The notes under the pieces: generated by a model
The model's database searches: none
The model's input: only the letters and a program-made list of their open reading frames with translations
What the model was told of the DNA's origin: nothing
In this document: piece after piece, positions 54,960 through 64,000 of the stretch
Position numbering within the stretch: position 1 is the first letter of the stretch
How the letters are laid out: the number at the start of each line of letters is the position of its first letter
NCBI GenBank assembly: GCA_964597885.1
Contig: CAZQZX010000001.1
Coordinates: 9,849-73,848 of the forward strand
DNA: 64,000 nucleotides
Direction: 5' to 3'
Source of the DNA: an uncultured Planctomycetota bacterium
Lineage (GTDB): Bacteria; Planctomycetota; JACOTG01; JAUIME01
Program-made: the position numbers and the translations under genes

Positions 54960-57035
54960 ATGGACTTGAATCGAGAGCAGAGGGCGGCGGCCGAGGCGGA
55001 TCCGAAGGAGCCTCTCCTGATCATCGCCGGCGCCGGAACGGGAAAGACCACCACGCTGGCGCATCGTGTGGCGTGGCTCGTGGCGAGCGGGGCCGACCCG
55101 GGACGGATCCTGCTCCTGACGTTCACGCGGCGTGCGGCGGCCGGGATGACGCGCCGAGCCGAGCACATCGCCGCGCGATCCTACGAAGCGGCGGCGGCCG
55201 TCGCGGGATCCGGTGCCGGCGAAGCCGAGACCCCGGGGGCACGCCCGGCATCTCCGGGACGCATTCGCTGGTCGGGTACGTTCCACGCCATCGCCAATCG
55301 ATTGCTCCGCATGCACGCCGAGAGCGTCGGTCTCGATCCGACGTTTACGGTTCTCGATCGCTCGGATTCCGCGGACCTCATGAATCTCGTGCGTAACGAT
55401 CTCGGGCTTGGCCGCAGCGAGACGCGGTTCCCGCGCAAGGGTACGTGCCTCGCGATCTACTCCCACGCGGTCAACACGCAGCTCCCGCTCGAGAAGACGC
55501 TCGAGACGGAGTACCCGTGGTGCGAGAAGCACGCCGAGGATCTGCGCGGTCTGTTCAAGGCGTACGTCGAGGCCAAGCAGAAGCAGAACGTTCTCGATTA
55601 CGACGATCTGCTGCTGTACTGGTACTACCTGATGGCCGAGCCCGCGCTTGCCGCGCGCGTGCGAGAGCGATTCGACCACGTGCTCGTGGACGAGTACCAG
55701 GACACGAACACGCTGCAGGCGTCCATCCTCCTCGGTCTGTGCCCCGATGGGCAGGGGGTGACGGTCGTGGGCGACGACGCGCAGTCGATCTACTCGTTCC
55801 GTGCCGCGTCCGTTCGCAACATCCTCGACTTCCCCGAGCACTTCGATCCGCCGGCGCGCGTGCAGACGCTCGAGCAGAACTATCGCTCCACGCAGTCGAT
55901 CCTCGATGCCTGCAACGCGGTCATCGAGCAAGCCGACGAACGGTTCACCAAGAACCTTCGTTCGTCGCGGCGCTCGGAGCAGAAGCCGGTGCTCGCTTCG
56001 GTCGCCGATGAGGTCGGCCAGGTCGATCATGTCGTCGAGCAGGTACTGCAACACCGCGAGTCGGGTGTTCCGCTGAAGAAGCAGGCCGTCCTGATGCGCG
56101 CGGCGCACCACTCCGACGCGCTCGAGGTGGAGCTCGCGAGGCGGAACATCCCTTTCGTGAAGTACGGGGGCCTGAAGTTCCTGGAGGCGGCGCACGTGAA
56201 GGACGTGATGTGCGTGCTTCGCTTTGCCGAGAATCCGCGCGATCGGATCGCGGGCTTCCGCATGCTGCAGCTCCTTCCCGGTGTCGGCCCGGCCAACGCG
56301 TCGCGGTGCCTCGACGAGGTGGCCGAGCGCGGGTTCGACGCCGCGGCCGTCGCGCACTTCCGGCCTCCGGCCTCGGCCGCGGCCGACTGGCCGGCGCTCG
56401 TCGAGATGTTGCAATCGCTCGCGGGCGGGGAATGGGGCGGCCAGGTCGGGCTGGTGCGCGAGTGGTACCGACCGCACCTCGAGCGCCTTCACGAGGCGCC
56501 GCACCTGCGGGACAGCGACCTCGAGCAGCTCGAGCACATCTCGGCGCAGTACGCATCGCGCGAGCGCTTCCTGACCGATCTCACGCTCGATCCGCCGAAC
56601 GCGACGGGCGACGAGGCCGGGCCTCCGCATCTCGACGAGGACTGGCTCGTGCTGTCGACGATCCACTCGGCCAAGGGACAGGAATGGGACGTCGTCTACG
56701 TGCTGAACGTGGTCGACGGTTGCATCCCGTCCGACATGTCGACGGGGAACACGGAGCAGATCGAAGAGGAGCGGCGACTGCTCTACGTCGCCATGACAAG
56801 GGCGCGCGATCGGCTCATCCTCGTGCAGCCGCTGCGCTACTACGTGCGACAGCAGTCGCGTCGCGGCGATGCTCATCTGTACGCGCCACGGAGCCGATTC
56901 CTGCCGGACGGCATGCTCGATCGACTCGAGCGCGTTGCCGTCGGTCCCGAAGCTCCGGAAGACGAGGCGGCGCCGACGTCGGCAAAGGTGGATGTAGCGT
57001 CGAGGCTCCGCGGAATGTGGGACGCTTCGCCCTGA
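54960..57035 (+). CDS. UvrD/PcrA/Rep-family SF1 DNA helicase
   Basis: AGAGTGKT, TFTRRAA, VDEYQD, VGDDAQSIY, QNYRS, STIHSAKG, EERRLLYVAMTRA. Confidence 0.94.
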   Translation: MDLNREQRAAAEADPKEPLLIIAGAGTGKTTTLAHRVAWLVASGADPGRILLLTFTRRAAAGMTRRAEHIAARSYEAAAAVAGSGAGEAETPGARPASPGRIRWSGTFHAIANRLLRMHAESVGLDPTFTVLDRSDSADLMNLVRNDLGLGRSETRFPRKGTCLAIYSHAVNTQLPLEKTLETEYPWCEKHAEDLRGLFKAYVEAKQKQNVLDYDDLLLYWYYLMAEPALAARVRERFDHVLVDEYQDTNTLQASILLGLCPDGQGVTVVGDDAQSIYSFRAASVRNILDFPEHFDPPARVQTLEQNYRSTQSILDACNAVIEQADERFTKNLRSSRRSEQKPVLASVADEVGQVDHVVEQVLQHRESGVPLKKQAVLMRAAHHSDALEVELARRNIPFVKYGGLKFLEAAHVKDVMCVLRFAENPRDRIAGFRMLQLLPGVGPANASRCLDEVAERGFDAAAVAHFRPPASAAADWPALVEMLQSLAGGEWGGQVGLVREWYRPHLERLHEAPHLRDSDLEQLEHISAQYASRERFLTDLTLDPPNATGDEAGPPHLDEDWLVLSTIHSAKGQEWDVVYVLNVVDGCIPSDMSTGNTEQIEEERRLLYVAMTRARDRLILVQPLRYYVRQQSRRGDAHLYAPRSRFLPDGMLDRLERVAVGPEAPEDEAAPTSAKVDVASRLRGMWDASP

Positions 57036-57050
57036 GCAAAGCAGGCGGCG

Positions 57051-59258
57051 CTATCCGTCCTTCGGATCGGTGATGTCGAGGACGATCGCGTTGGTGACGC
57101 TGAGGGGAGCGTCCGCCGCCGAGCCGAGATCCTGGATGAAGCCCTGGACGGTGAGCACGACGGGGAAGGGCGCGCCGCCGGGCACGTGGATCGGCATCGA
57201 AGGCGCCGGCCCTGAATCGAAGTCGGGCTCGCCGAGGTTCTTGCGGAAGCCGAGGTTGTTCCAGACCTTCGTCGGCTGGTTCTGCGGGTTCGCGATCAGC
57301 GGGGTCGGAAGCGCCGTCCAGCCGAGACCGCGTGGATAGGGCGTCACGGTCGCGGGGTCCGGGGCCGAGCGCCACACGTAGAGCACGTAGCGCGCCGAGG
57401 CCGGGCCGGCGGGTGGAGCATCGACGTGGATCGAGAACGGCTCGCGCGTGTCGAGGCGGACCACGCGCTCGTGATCGGGGACGCGACCCTCCACGCGGAC
57501 GACATCGGCCAGGTCGGGCGAGGCGTCGTTCACCGTACCGTAGAGTGCGGCGATCTCGATCCGCATCTCGTCGGCGCCGATGTCGACGCGGGCGGTGCCG
57601 TCGCCATCACCCTCGATGCGACGATCATCGCCGTCGATGTCGAAATCGTTGAGCATCGCGCTGTCGTCACCGGCATCGATGCACGGGGAGTCGATGCGCA
57701 GGTGCAGATCGTGGCGGCCGGGCGCGACGAATCGCGGATCGGCTTCGAGGTTTCCGACTCCCGGCCAGTCTCCCTCGACAACGCTCATCGAGACCGTGGC
57801 CGATCCGCCGTGCATGTCGATCTGCGGATCCTGGACACACTCGTTGCCCCAGAAGATCGAGTTCACGACGGTGACGATGGAAGTATCCGCGAAGAGCCCA
57901 CCGCCGGACGTCGTCTCCGGCTCGGGCGCGCGAGCATGGTTGTACGCGATGGTGTTGTTCGCGAGCGTCGCTTCCGTTTGACCGACGTAGACCCCGCCGC
58001 CGTGGCCGCGCCGCGCGTCGTTGAAGGCGATGACGTTTCCGGCAAGGGTGAGGATCGAGTCGAGACAGTGGAGGCCGGCGCCGCTTCCCTGGGCGAGGTT
58101 GTTCTGGATCCGGTTGGCGATGACCTTCACGTCGCACTCGTCGCCTACGAGGATTCCCGCGCCGACGCGAGCTTCGTTGTCTCGGATGAGATTGCCCTGG
58201 ATGCGGGCGCTGCTGCGTTCGTCGCAGGCGATCCCACCGCCGAAGGCGAGGATCTGAACGTGTTCGACGATCTCGTTGTCGAGGAGCTCCGCGTTCGATC
58301 GGCGGCAGTAGATACCGCATCCCGAGAGCGCCGAGTTGCGTTGCAGGAAGTTGCCCTGGATGAGGGAATCGGTGTCGCCGACGAGCGCGATGCCGCCACC
58401 CGTGCCGCTGTTGCGGTTGTTCACGATGGCATTGCCGACGGCAACCAGCGTCGCGCCGTCACCGCAGTAGATGCCGGCTCCGGTTTGCGCGCCGTTGAGC
58501 TCGACGAGGTTCTCTTCGGCCCAGCAGATGGCGTTCGACGTGACGCCGACGCCCCCGCCGATCGCGCTGGCGGGCCCAGCGTGGTTGCTGCGGATGACGT
58601 TCTCGACGAGAAGCGCCGAGGAGCTCGCCGTGATCGCGACCGCTCCGCCGATCGCGCTCGCCTGGTTGTCTTCGAACGTGTTGCGTCGAATCTCGGGCGA
58701 GGAGCCGTCGCAGTACAGGGCGCCCCCCATCGTGGGCATCTGGACGCCGTGCAGGCTTCCGTTCTCTTGGAATCGATTCGAGAGAATGCGCGGGCTCGCG
58801 CCGCGGATGCAGGCGATGCCTCCACCGAATGTCGCGGTGTTGTCGCGGATGACGTTGTCGCGAAGAGTCGGGGAGGCGCCGTCGCACAGAACCGCGCCGC
58901 CGTAGACGGTGTTCACCACGACGGTGCCGGAACCGGCGGTCAGCGTGAAGCCTTCGAGAACGGCTTCCGAGTCTTCGCCGCTCTGGAACACGACGACGCT
59001 TCCGGCGCGACCGGCATCGATGATCGTGGATGCAGGGCCGTGCGAGCTCAGGACGTGGATGGCCTTGCCGAGGAAGTCAATCGATTCGGCGAAGCGGCCG
59101 GGGTTGACCAGGATGATGTCGCCGTCACGGGAGGCCTGAATCGCGGCCTGGATCGTGGCATGGTCGCCGGGAACCGAAAGCGTACCGGCTGCTGCCGTCG
59201 TCGCGAAAGCTGCGACGGTGAGCAGGAGCATGAGTACGAGAACGTTCCGGGCCGACAT
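57051..59258 (-). CDS. Secreted right-handed beta-helix protein with the conserved C-terminal domain
   Basis: AAGGAG SD; signal peptide; VP..HATIQAAI; many N.A..GGGI.C repeats; SPCIDAG, VDIGADE. Confidence 0.88.
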   Translation of the reverse strand: MSARNVLVLMLLLTVAAFATTAAAGTLSVPGDHATIQAAIQASRDGDIILVNPGRFAESIDFLGKAIHVLSSHGPASTIIDAGRAGSVVVFQSGEDSEAVLEGFTLTAGSGTVVVNTVYGGAVLCDGASPTLRDNVIRDNTATFGGGIACIRGASPRILSNRFQENGSLHGVQMPTMGGALYCDGSSPEIRRNTFEDNQASAIGGAVAITASSSALLVENVIRSNHAGPASAIGGGVGVTSNAICWAEENLVELNGAQTGAGIYCGDGATLVAVGNAIVNNRNSGTGGGIALVGDTDSLIQGNFLQRNSALSGCGIYCRRSNAELLDNEIVEHVQILAFGGGIACDERSSARIQGNLIRDNEARVGAGILVGDECDVKVIANRIQNNLAQGSGAGLHCLDSILTLAGNVIAFNDARRGHGGGVYVGQTEATLANNTIAYNHARAPEPETTSGGGLFADTSIVTVVNSIFWGNECVQDPQIDMHGGSATVSMSVVEGDWPGVGNLEADPRFVAPGRHDLHLRIDSPCIDAGDDSAMLNDFDIDGDDRRIEGDGDGTARVDIGADEMRIEIAALYGTVNDASPDLADVVRVEGRVPDHERVVRLDTREPFSIHVDAPPAGPASARYVLYVWRSAPDPATVTPYPRGLGWTALPTPLIANPQNQPTKVWNNLGFRKNLGEPDFDSGPAPSMPIHVPGGAPFPVVLTVQGFIQDLGSAADAPLSVTNAIVLDITDPKDG

Positions 59259-59449
59259 TGCGGGTCTCCTTGTTGTGACCTCCCGTTTGTCGCTACCCCG
59301 AAGAATCGGGGTCCCCCAGTCTCTTCTCGGAGAGACGGACGTCGGCTGAAGCGGGTTTCTCCGATCGGTGCGGTTTTTTGTCTCGGGGAAGGCAGAGCGC
59401 GACCTCGTGCGAGGGTTTCCGACCGAGGCAGGGAGGGGAGGCTCGTGCT

Positions 59450-59968
59450 CTAGTCGAGCACCGTGTCCCAGTTCGAGGGAGGACGGTATCCGCGGTAGGC
59501 GAGGTGCCGATCGGGCGTCAGGACGACGAGGGCGGGGATGCCGGCGAGGTACAGGTTGTTGACCAGCGCGAGGTCCGAATCCCGGAGCAGGGGAACGTCG
59601 AGCTTCCAGTCGGAGGCGGCCTTGCGAATTCGGTCCGCGGAGATGGCATTCGACGGGCCCGGGGTGATGCCGAGGATTCGGACGCGATCGCGGAACGGTT
59701 CGACCGAGGTGCGAAGGTCGCCGGCGAGCGCTTCGCTGGTGGGGCTCGACGGGCTGAAGAAGAACAGCGCGATCGTCTCGCCCTGATCGAGGTGGCGCGC
59801 TCCGAGGTCGTATTCCTGATCGTCGAGATCCTGAACGGCGAGCGAGAACGGGAGGCGCGCCGGATCGTCGCCGCTCCCGGGCGTCGAGCAGGAGACCGCG
59901 AGGAGGACGCACACCATCAAGAGGACCGGAGTCCTCGCCATCGATCGCCAGTCGTTCGTCAGGATCAT
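59450..59968 (-). CDS. Redoxin/TlpA-fold lipoprotein lacking CxxC (start 59968 or 59941)
   Basis: AVSC lipobox; QDLDDQ; FFFSPSSPTS at the CxxC position; GIPALVVL cis-Pro loop. Confidence 0.7.
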   Translation of the reverse strand: MILTNDWRSMARTPVLLMVCVLLAVSCSTPGSGDDPARLPFSLAVQDLDDQEYDLGARHLDQGETIALFFFSPSSPTSEALAGDLRTSVEPFRDRVRILGITPGPSNAISADRIRKAASDWKLDVPLLRDSDLALVNNLYLAGIPALVVLTPDRHLAYRGYRPPSNWDTVLD

Positions 59969-60040
59969 CGTTGTTCCCTCGGGCCCGCTTGAAGGCGACA
60001 GCGTACTAGCTGCGCCGGCCGGCGGCGAGCAGGGCCGATC

Positions 60041-61915
60041 CTAGAACGTCGCGATCCAGCGCACCCCGATCAGGTCGACGCTGTCCAGATCGTCGGGCAT
60101 GGTCCAGTGCTCGTGGTTCAGGACGAGCGAGCTGCCGAACGGAAGCGCGAATCGAAAGCCCCACGTAACGCGCCGGACCCCGAAGCTCGGGTCGGTCAGC
60201 GAGCTGCCGGCGGGGACGATGTCGCCGTCGTTTCGGATCGCGTCCCAGCGGGCGATCAGGGAGATGCCGGGATCTTCGATGAGCAGGAGATCTCCCTCGA
60301 TGGAGTATCCCTCGACATCCGTGTTGCCTCGGGGATTCCCGTCCGCGAAGGTGAACTGATCGTTGGAGCGCTTCGCCCACTCGGCCTGGACGCGCACACG
60401 GTTCCGATATCGCGCCGTGAGATCGACGCCGATGATGTCGTAGTTGAGGCGCTTCTCGAACTCGTCGTCGTCCATGCGTCCGGAGATGAGCGAGGCGCCG
60501 GCGCGCAGATAGGGCGTCCCGAAGGTGACGCGGCCTCCGACGGAGGGATCCGAGTTGTTGTCGTTGTAGTCGCGGCTCTCGAAGAAGTTGACGTCGGTCA
60601 CGCCCTGGAGGCCGTTGACCACGTACGCATCGAACGTCGCGTTGACGTCCGCCACGAGCGGCAGCGCGAACGTGGCGAGGACACCCTCGTCCGAGTACGG
60701 CATCGGGATGACCGCCGGTCCGATGTCGTCGCGGTTGACGCCCTGTCCCATGTTGTAGATCAGCGGCATCGTCACCGTGCGGGAGGCCGCCGGATGGGCC
60801 TGCGCGCCGAGGCCGCCGAACGGCACGAGGAAACGGCCTGCGTCGACGGCGGCCTGCGGGCCGTCTTCGTTGAGATCGAGGGCGCGGTCGATATCGAATC
60901 GGAAGGCCCCTTCGACCAGCTCCAGCCGATCGCCCTCGGGCTCGTTCGAGCGGTGGCACGTGTAGCACGCGGTGATCCGAGCCGTGAAGGGGCCGGTGGC
61001 GTGCCATTCGGCGCCGATCCAGAGCTCGGTTTGAAAGCCGTCGTTCTGAACGGCGTCATCGCGTGCGCTCTGGCGGAAGGTCGTCCCGAAGGTCGCGCTC
61101 ACGTCGAGGTTGTCGATGAACGAGCGGAGCTCCGACTTGATGTCTTCGCCGAGTCCGAGGTCCCCCTCCTTGCGATCCAGCGATGTCAGGTACACCGCGA
61201 TCGGTTCGAGCTCGCGTGACGGGATGTGGGCGCCGGACTTGGAAGCCATGCGTCGGACCGTCGTTCGCCACCCGGCAAGATCCTTCGTCTTGTCGAGGGA
61301 CCTCGCGGCGTCGTGGCACTGCAGGCAGTAGTCGTTGAAGGCTCCCTCGCCGCGATCGATGAGATCGGGATCGAGCTCCTCGAGCTCCGCGATGTCGGGG
61401 AGGTCGTCGAGCGCCTCGGCGTCGTCCGAGTCCGCGTGCTCTCGGTCGGCGCGACGGAGCGAGTCGGCGGGTGCCGGGGCGCCGGCGCGGATCCAGGCGA
61501 GGACCGTGGCCGACTCGGCCGCGTTCAGCAGCCGAGACATGCCGTCGCGTACGGCCCGCGCGTCGGGCATCTCGCCGTCGCGGATGACGAGGTAGAGCTC
61601 CGATTGCTCCGGCGTCTCGAGATCCACGAAGTCACTGTCCCGCAGGCGATCGAAATCGAGGATGAAGTTCAGCTCGCCGCGGTAGCGCACACCGGCGAAC
61701 GCGTTCGACTCCTTGGTGTGGCAGGCCGCGCAGTGATCGAGGAACAGCGTGTGTACGGCGGCAGCCAGGCGGGACGTCGACGTCGTATCGCCGTCGCGCT
61801 GATCTTGGTCGGTGTTCGAGGCCTCTGCGCTTGTGAGGAGAAGTCCGAAGAGCCACAGGCCGACCAGGATCGACCGCACGGCCACGCCGGAACGCGGAGG
61901 CCTCGCGCCGATCAT
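60041..61915 (-). CDS. Three-CxxCH cytochrome c fused to a predicted outer-membrane beta-barrel
   Basis: Signal peptide; CAACH, CLQCH, CYTCH; amphipathic strands; porin-like DAGRF.VPFG and DNN....GGR; terminal Phe. Confidence 0.8.
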   Translation of the reverse strand: MIGARPPRSGVAVRSILVGLWLFGLLLTSAEASNTDQDQRDGDTTSTSRLAAAVHTLFLDHCAACHTKESNAFAGVRYRGELNFILDFDRLRDSDFVDLETPEQSELYLVIRDGEMPDARAVRDGMSRLLNAAESATVLAWIRAGAPAPADSLRRADREHADSDDAEALDDLPDIAELEELDPDLIDRGEGAFNDYCLQCHDAARSLDKTKDLAGWRTTVRRMASKSGAHIPSRELEPIAVYLTSLDRKEGDLGLGEDIKSELRSFIDNLDVSATFGTTFRQSARDDAVQNDGFQTELWIGAEWHATGPFTARITACYTCHRSNEPEGDRLELVEGAFRFDIDRALDLNEDGPQAAVDAGRFLVPFGGLGAQAHPAASRTVTMPLIYNMGQGVNRDDIGPAVIPMPYSDEGVLATFALPLVADVNATFDAYVVNGLQGVTDVNFFESRDYNDNNSDPSVGGRVTFGTPYLRAGASLISGRMDDDEFEKRLNYDIIGVDLTARYRNRVRVQAEWAKRSNDQFTFADGNPRGNTDVEGYSIEGDLLLIEDPGISLIARWDAIRNDGDIVPAGSSLTDPSFGVRRVTWGFRFALPFGSSLVLNHEHWTMPDDLDSVDLIGVRWIATF

Positions 61916-62448
61916 CGTTCTTCCTCCTCTTCGACCATGTCGCGGTACTTCAGGTGTCCCGCTCTCTCGAGCTCGCGCATCCGGTCGAAGTGCTTCTGCG
62001 CGGATTCGGTATCGCCTTCGAGGACGGCCATCTCGAGGTCGAGCAGCGCGCGGATCGTCTCGATCAGAACCTTGCGGTAGCCGACGAGGAAGGCCGGACG
62101 CTCCGCCTCGGGGACGACCTCGAGCGCCGACGGGCTGTAACGCTTCGACACGACGAGCGCTTCCTGGATCGTGGTGATGAGCGCGAGGTTGGCTTCCTTC
62201 TTCGAGTCATCCGCGATCTGACGTCGCAGCCTTCGCACGGCGCGGTTGACGCGCACCATCGAGTCCATCAACACGTCGGGCTCGACTTCGCTTTCGGTCA
62301 CCTCTTCTTGCGCCGGGGCGCTCGTGCGCGGCGAGCTCGCGACGACGGGCTCGAGCGCCGCCCAGCCGACCAGTGCGATCAGGCTCAGCATCACGAGCGC
62401 GGTCCAGGGGGCGGAAAGGAGGGCGAAGGTCTTCGTTCGGGGGTTCAT
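61912..62448 (-). CDS. Cytochrome b562-like four-helix protein
   Basis: N-terminal signal/TM; LMDSM...AGHLKYR parallels b562 LEDNM...YHQKYR. Confidence 0.7.
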   Translation of the reverse strand: MNPRTKTFALLSAPWTALVMLSLIALVGWAALEPVVASSPRTSAPAQEEVTESEVEPDVLMDSMVRVNRAVRRLRRQIADDSKKEANLALITTIQEALVVSKRYSPSALEVVPEAERPAFLVGYRKVLIETIRALLDLEMAVLEGDTESAQKHFDRMRELERAGHLKYRDMVEEEEER

Positions 62449-62548
62449 CGCGGGGAGTCTCCTGAGTTTCGATGGAAGAAGGCGCCGCCCCGGTCGTCGC
62501 CGGGGCGGCGCGTGGATCGTTTGCAGAGGGCAGCGCGCGGCCGTCGAC

Positions 62549-63775
62549 TCACTGCACGCGCAGGATGATGGCGTTCGTCACGCTTGCGGGCCCGTCGGCC
62601 GCCGAGCCGTCGTCGAGAAGGATCGCCTGCAGCGTCGCGGTGACTGCGTTCGGCGCTCCGGCGGGAGCGTTCAGCACCACGGAAGGCGCCGGAGTCGACG
62701 GGAAGTCGGGGTTACCGAGCTGCTGCTGGCGGCCGATGTTGTTCCAGATCTTGAACGGCTGCGGGTTGCCGCCGGTCGGCGGGATCGGGAAGCAGAACAG
62801 CCCGAGGTTTCGCGGAAGCGTCACGACCGGCGTCTGCGGGACGGGCTCTCCGATGTGCAGGTACATCACGAACGGTCCGGGGCTCGGCCCTCCGGGCGAG
62901 GCCTGCATCGAGACCGAGATCGGCGCTCCCGTCGCGAGGTTGACCACGCCGTTGCCGTTCCCGGTCGACCCGTTCAGGGTCAGGACGTCCACCGCGTTGC
63001 CGTTGCCGGCGTTGACCCGGCTGCGCCGGCACGCGAGGAAGTCCTCCTCGCGGGTGAATTCGATGGTGAGCGTCGGTCGGTTGGCCGGCGTTCCCGATTC
63101 GCGGCTATCGAGTCGCTTGGCGGTACGCTGCTGGGACTCGTCGGTGACGAGGATCCAGCCGGCGTTCACGTTCGGGTTGTCGACCCACCGCTGGACATCC
63201 GAGATGAGGGCCGCGGTCGAGCTCACCGTGTACGAGCCCGGTCCCGAGATGGCGACGGTACCGGAGGCTTCCGAAACGAAGTCGCCGCCGGCCGCGTTCC
63301 ACGTCGTGTCGGAGAAGAACCGGTGGATCCACGTGGCGTCGTTCGTGCGCGAAGAGGCTCCGGCCCCCTCGCCGCGACCCGCATTGGACGTGCCCTCGCC
63401 CCAGCTCCCGAGTACGCGATGCACGCCGACGGTGCGGGAGGAGCCGTTCGCGACGTTGTTGCAGTTCACCGACAGGGTCACCGAGTCGATGCGGGCGCGG
63501 TCGGGCAGCGAGGTCACGTCGAAGAAGAGCAGCGCGCGGCGCTTGTTGCCGCTCGACTGCCCGGTGGTGCCCACGAAGACGTGGTTGCCCGCGCCGTTGC
63601 TCAGGTTTCCACTCGTGTCCTCGTACAGCGTGTTGTCCCGGGACGCGATGATCGTGGCCGTATCGGCTGCGGCGTTCGCCTGGAACAGAAGCGTCCCGAG
63701 GACACCCAAGGCGAGCAAGGTCAGGGGCAAGTGGGACCGGATCGAACGATCGGAACGAAGGTTGGAACGCACCAT
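62549..63775 (-). CDS. Secreted DNRLRE-like domain protein with the conserved C-terminal domain
   Basis: GAGGAGG SD; signal peptide; DNTLYE, RRALLFFD, W.EG, ATW...F...W..AGGDF, SRE....RPTL. Confidence 0.85.
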   Translation of the reverse strand: MVRSNLRSDRSIRSHLPLTLLALGVLGTLLFQANAAADTATIIASRDNTLYEDTSGNLSNGAGNHVFVGTTGQSSGNKRRALLFFDVTSLPDRARIDSVTLSVNCNNVANGSSRTVGVHRVLGSWGEGTSNAGRGEGAGASSRTNDATWIHRFFSDTTWNAAGGDFVSEASGTVAISGPGSYTVSSTAALISDVQRWVDNPNVNAGWILVTDESQQRTAKRLDSRESGTPANRPTLTIEFTREEDFLACRRSRVNAGNGNAVDVLTLNGSTGNGNGVVNLATGAPISVSMQASPGGPSPGPFVMYLHIGEPVPQTPVVTLPRNLGLFCFPIPPTGGNPQPFKIWNNIGRQQQLGNPDFPSTPAPSVVLNAPAGAPNAVTATLQAILLDDGSAADGPASVTNAIILRVQ

Positions 63776-64000
63776 GGTCGGGCCTCCTCTTCACCTCGGC
63801 CAAGCGACGACGCCTCGGCAAGCCCGTCGCTGGCGGATCCTTTTCGACTGCCCCGTGGGTGGCTCTCCCCATCGAGGCTCTCACATCCTCGATGTCGTAC
63901 GCAAGAACCGGGTCGGGAAGCCGTCCCCCAAAAATCCCGGATTTGACGTCACGAAATCGCGGATCGTGTGCGTATGCAACCCTGCCGGGGCCCCCGACCG

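Noticed and set aside
6398-57035. EndoQ-like, Fpg, RNase HI and UvrD-like genes as one repair system
   Set aside because: Scattered over 50 kb in separate transcription units
59280-59345. c-di-AMP (ydaO) or c-di-GMP riboswitch call
   Set aside because: Only a GGGGGACCC...GGGGT fragment matches; the conserved 3' elements are missing, so it is kept only as a weak finding
1-64000. Very frequent TCGA/CTCGAG/CGATCG words (HIP1-like?)
   Set aside because: Plausibly explained by codon pairs such as CTC-GAG, ATC-GAG and GTC-GAC; cannot be claimed without a codon-controlled count
1-64000. CRISPR array, tRNA/rRNA, IS, integrase, prophage or defence island
   Set aside because: No spaced direct repeats, RNA gene signatures, transposase/integrase motifs or compositional break seen

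Overview
High-GC bacterial chromosomal window (roughly 68-70% GC by eye) with about 53 densely packed CDSs. I found no rRNA, tRNA, CRISPR array or mobile element. The gene content suggests a Planctomycetota-like organism (inference): ECF sigma factor plus Ser/Thr kinase pair, planctomycete-type cytochrome c domains, Tat-exported Gfo/Idh/MocA enzyme, secretin-like fragments and futalosine pathway. Housekeeping genes include cls, sthA, flavodoxin, Fpg, rnhA, mqnB, panB, a fused E1 2-oxoacid dehydrogenase, pqiAB, a UvrD-like helicase and an EndoQ-like nuclease. Most notable observations: (1) three unrelated secreted proteins (1081-2214, 57051-59258, 62549-63775) share a conserved C-terminal domain of about 160 aa that looks like an undescribed export or anchoring module; (2) an operon encodes a three-CxxCH cytochrome fused to a predicted outer-membrane beta-barrel, a cytochrome b562-like protein and a Cys-less redoxin lipoprotein, which is a candidate electron conduit; (3) two tandem ECF sigma / anti-sigma / mini-secretin cassettes; (4) a sigma54-type promoter with a palindromic enhancer upstream of a CX5R phosphatase-fold / cytochrome c' fusion; (5) a 28-aa ORF ending in QLDLF coupled to the EndoQ-like gene; (6) a hybrid kinase that appears to start at ATC. 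All calls come from motif reading by eye, without database searches.
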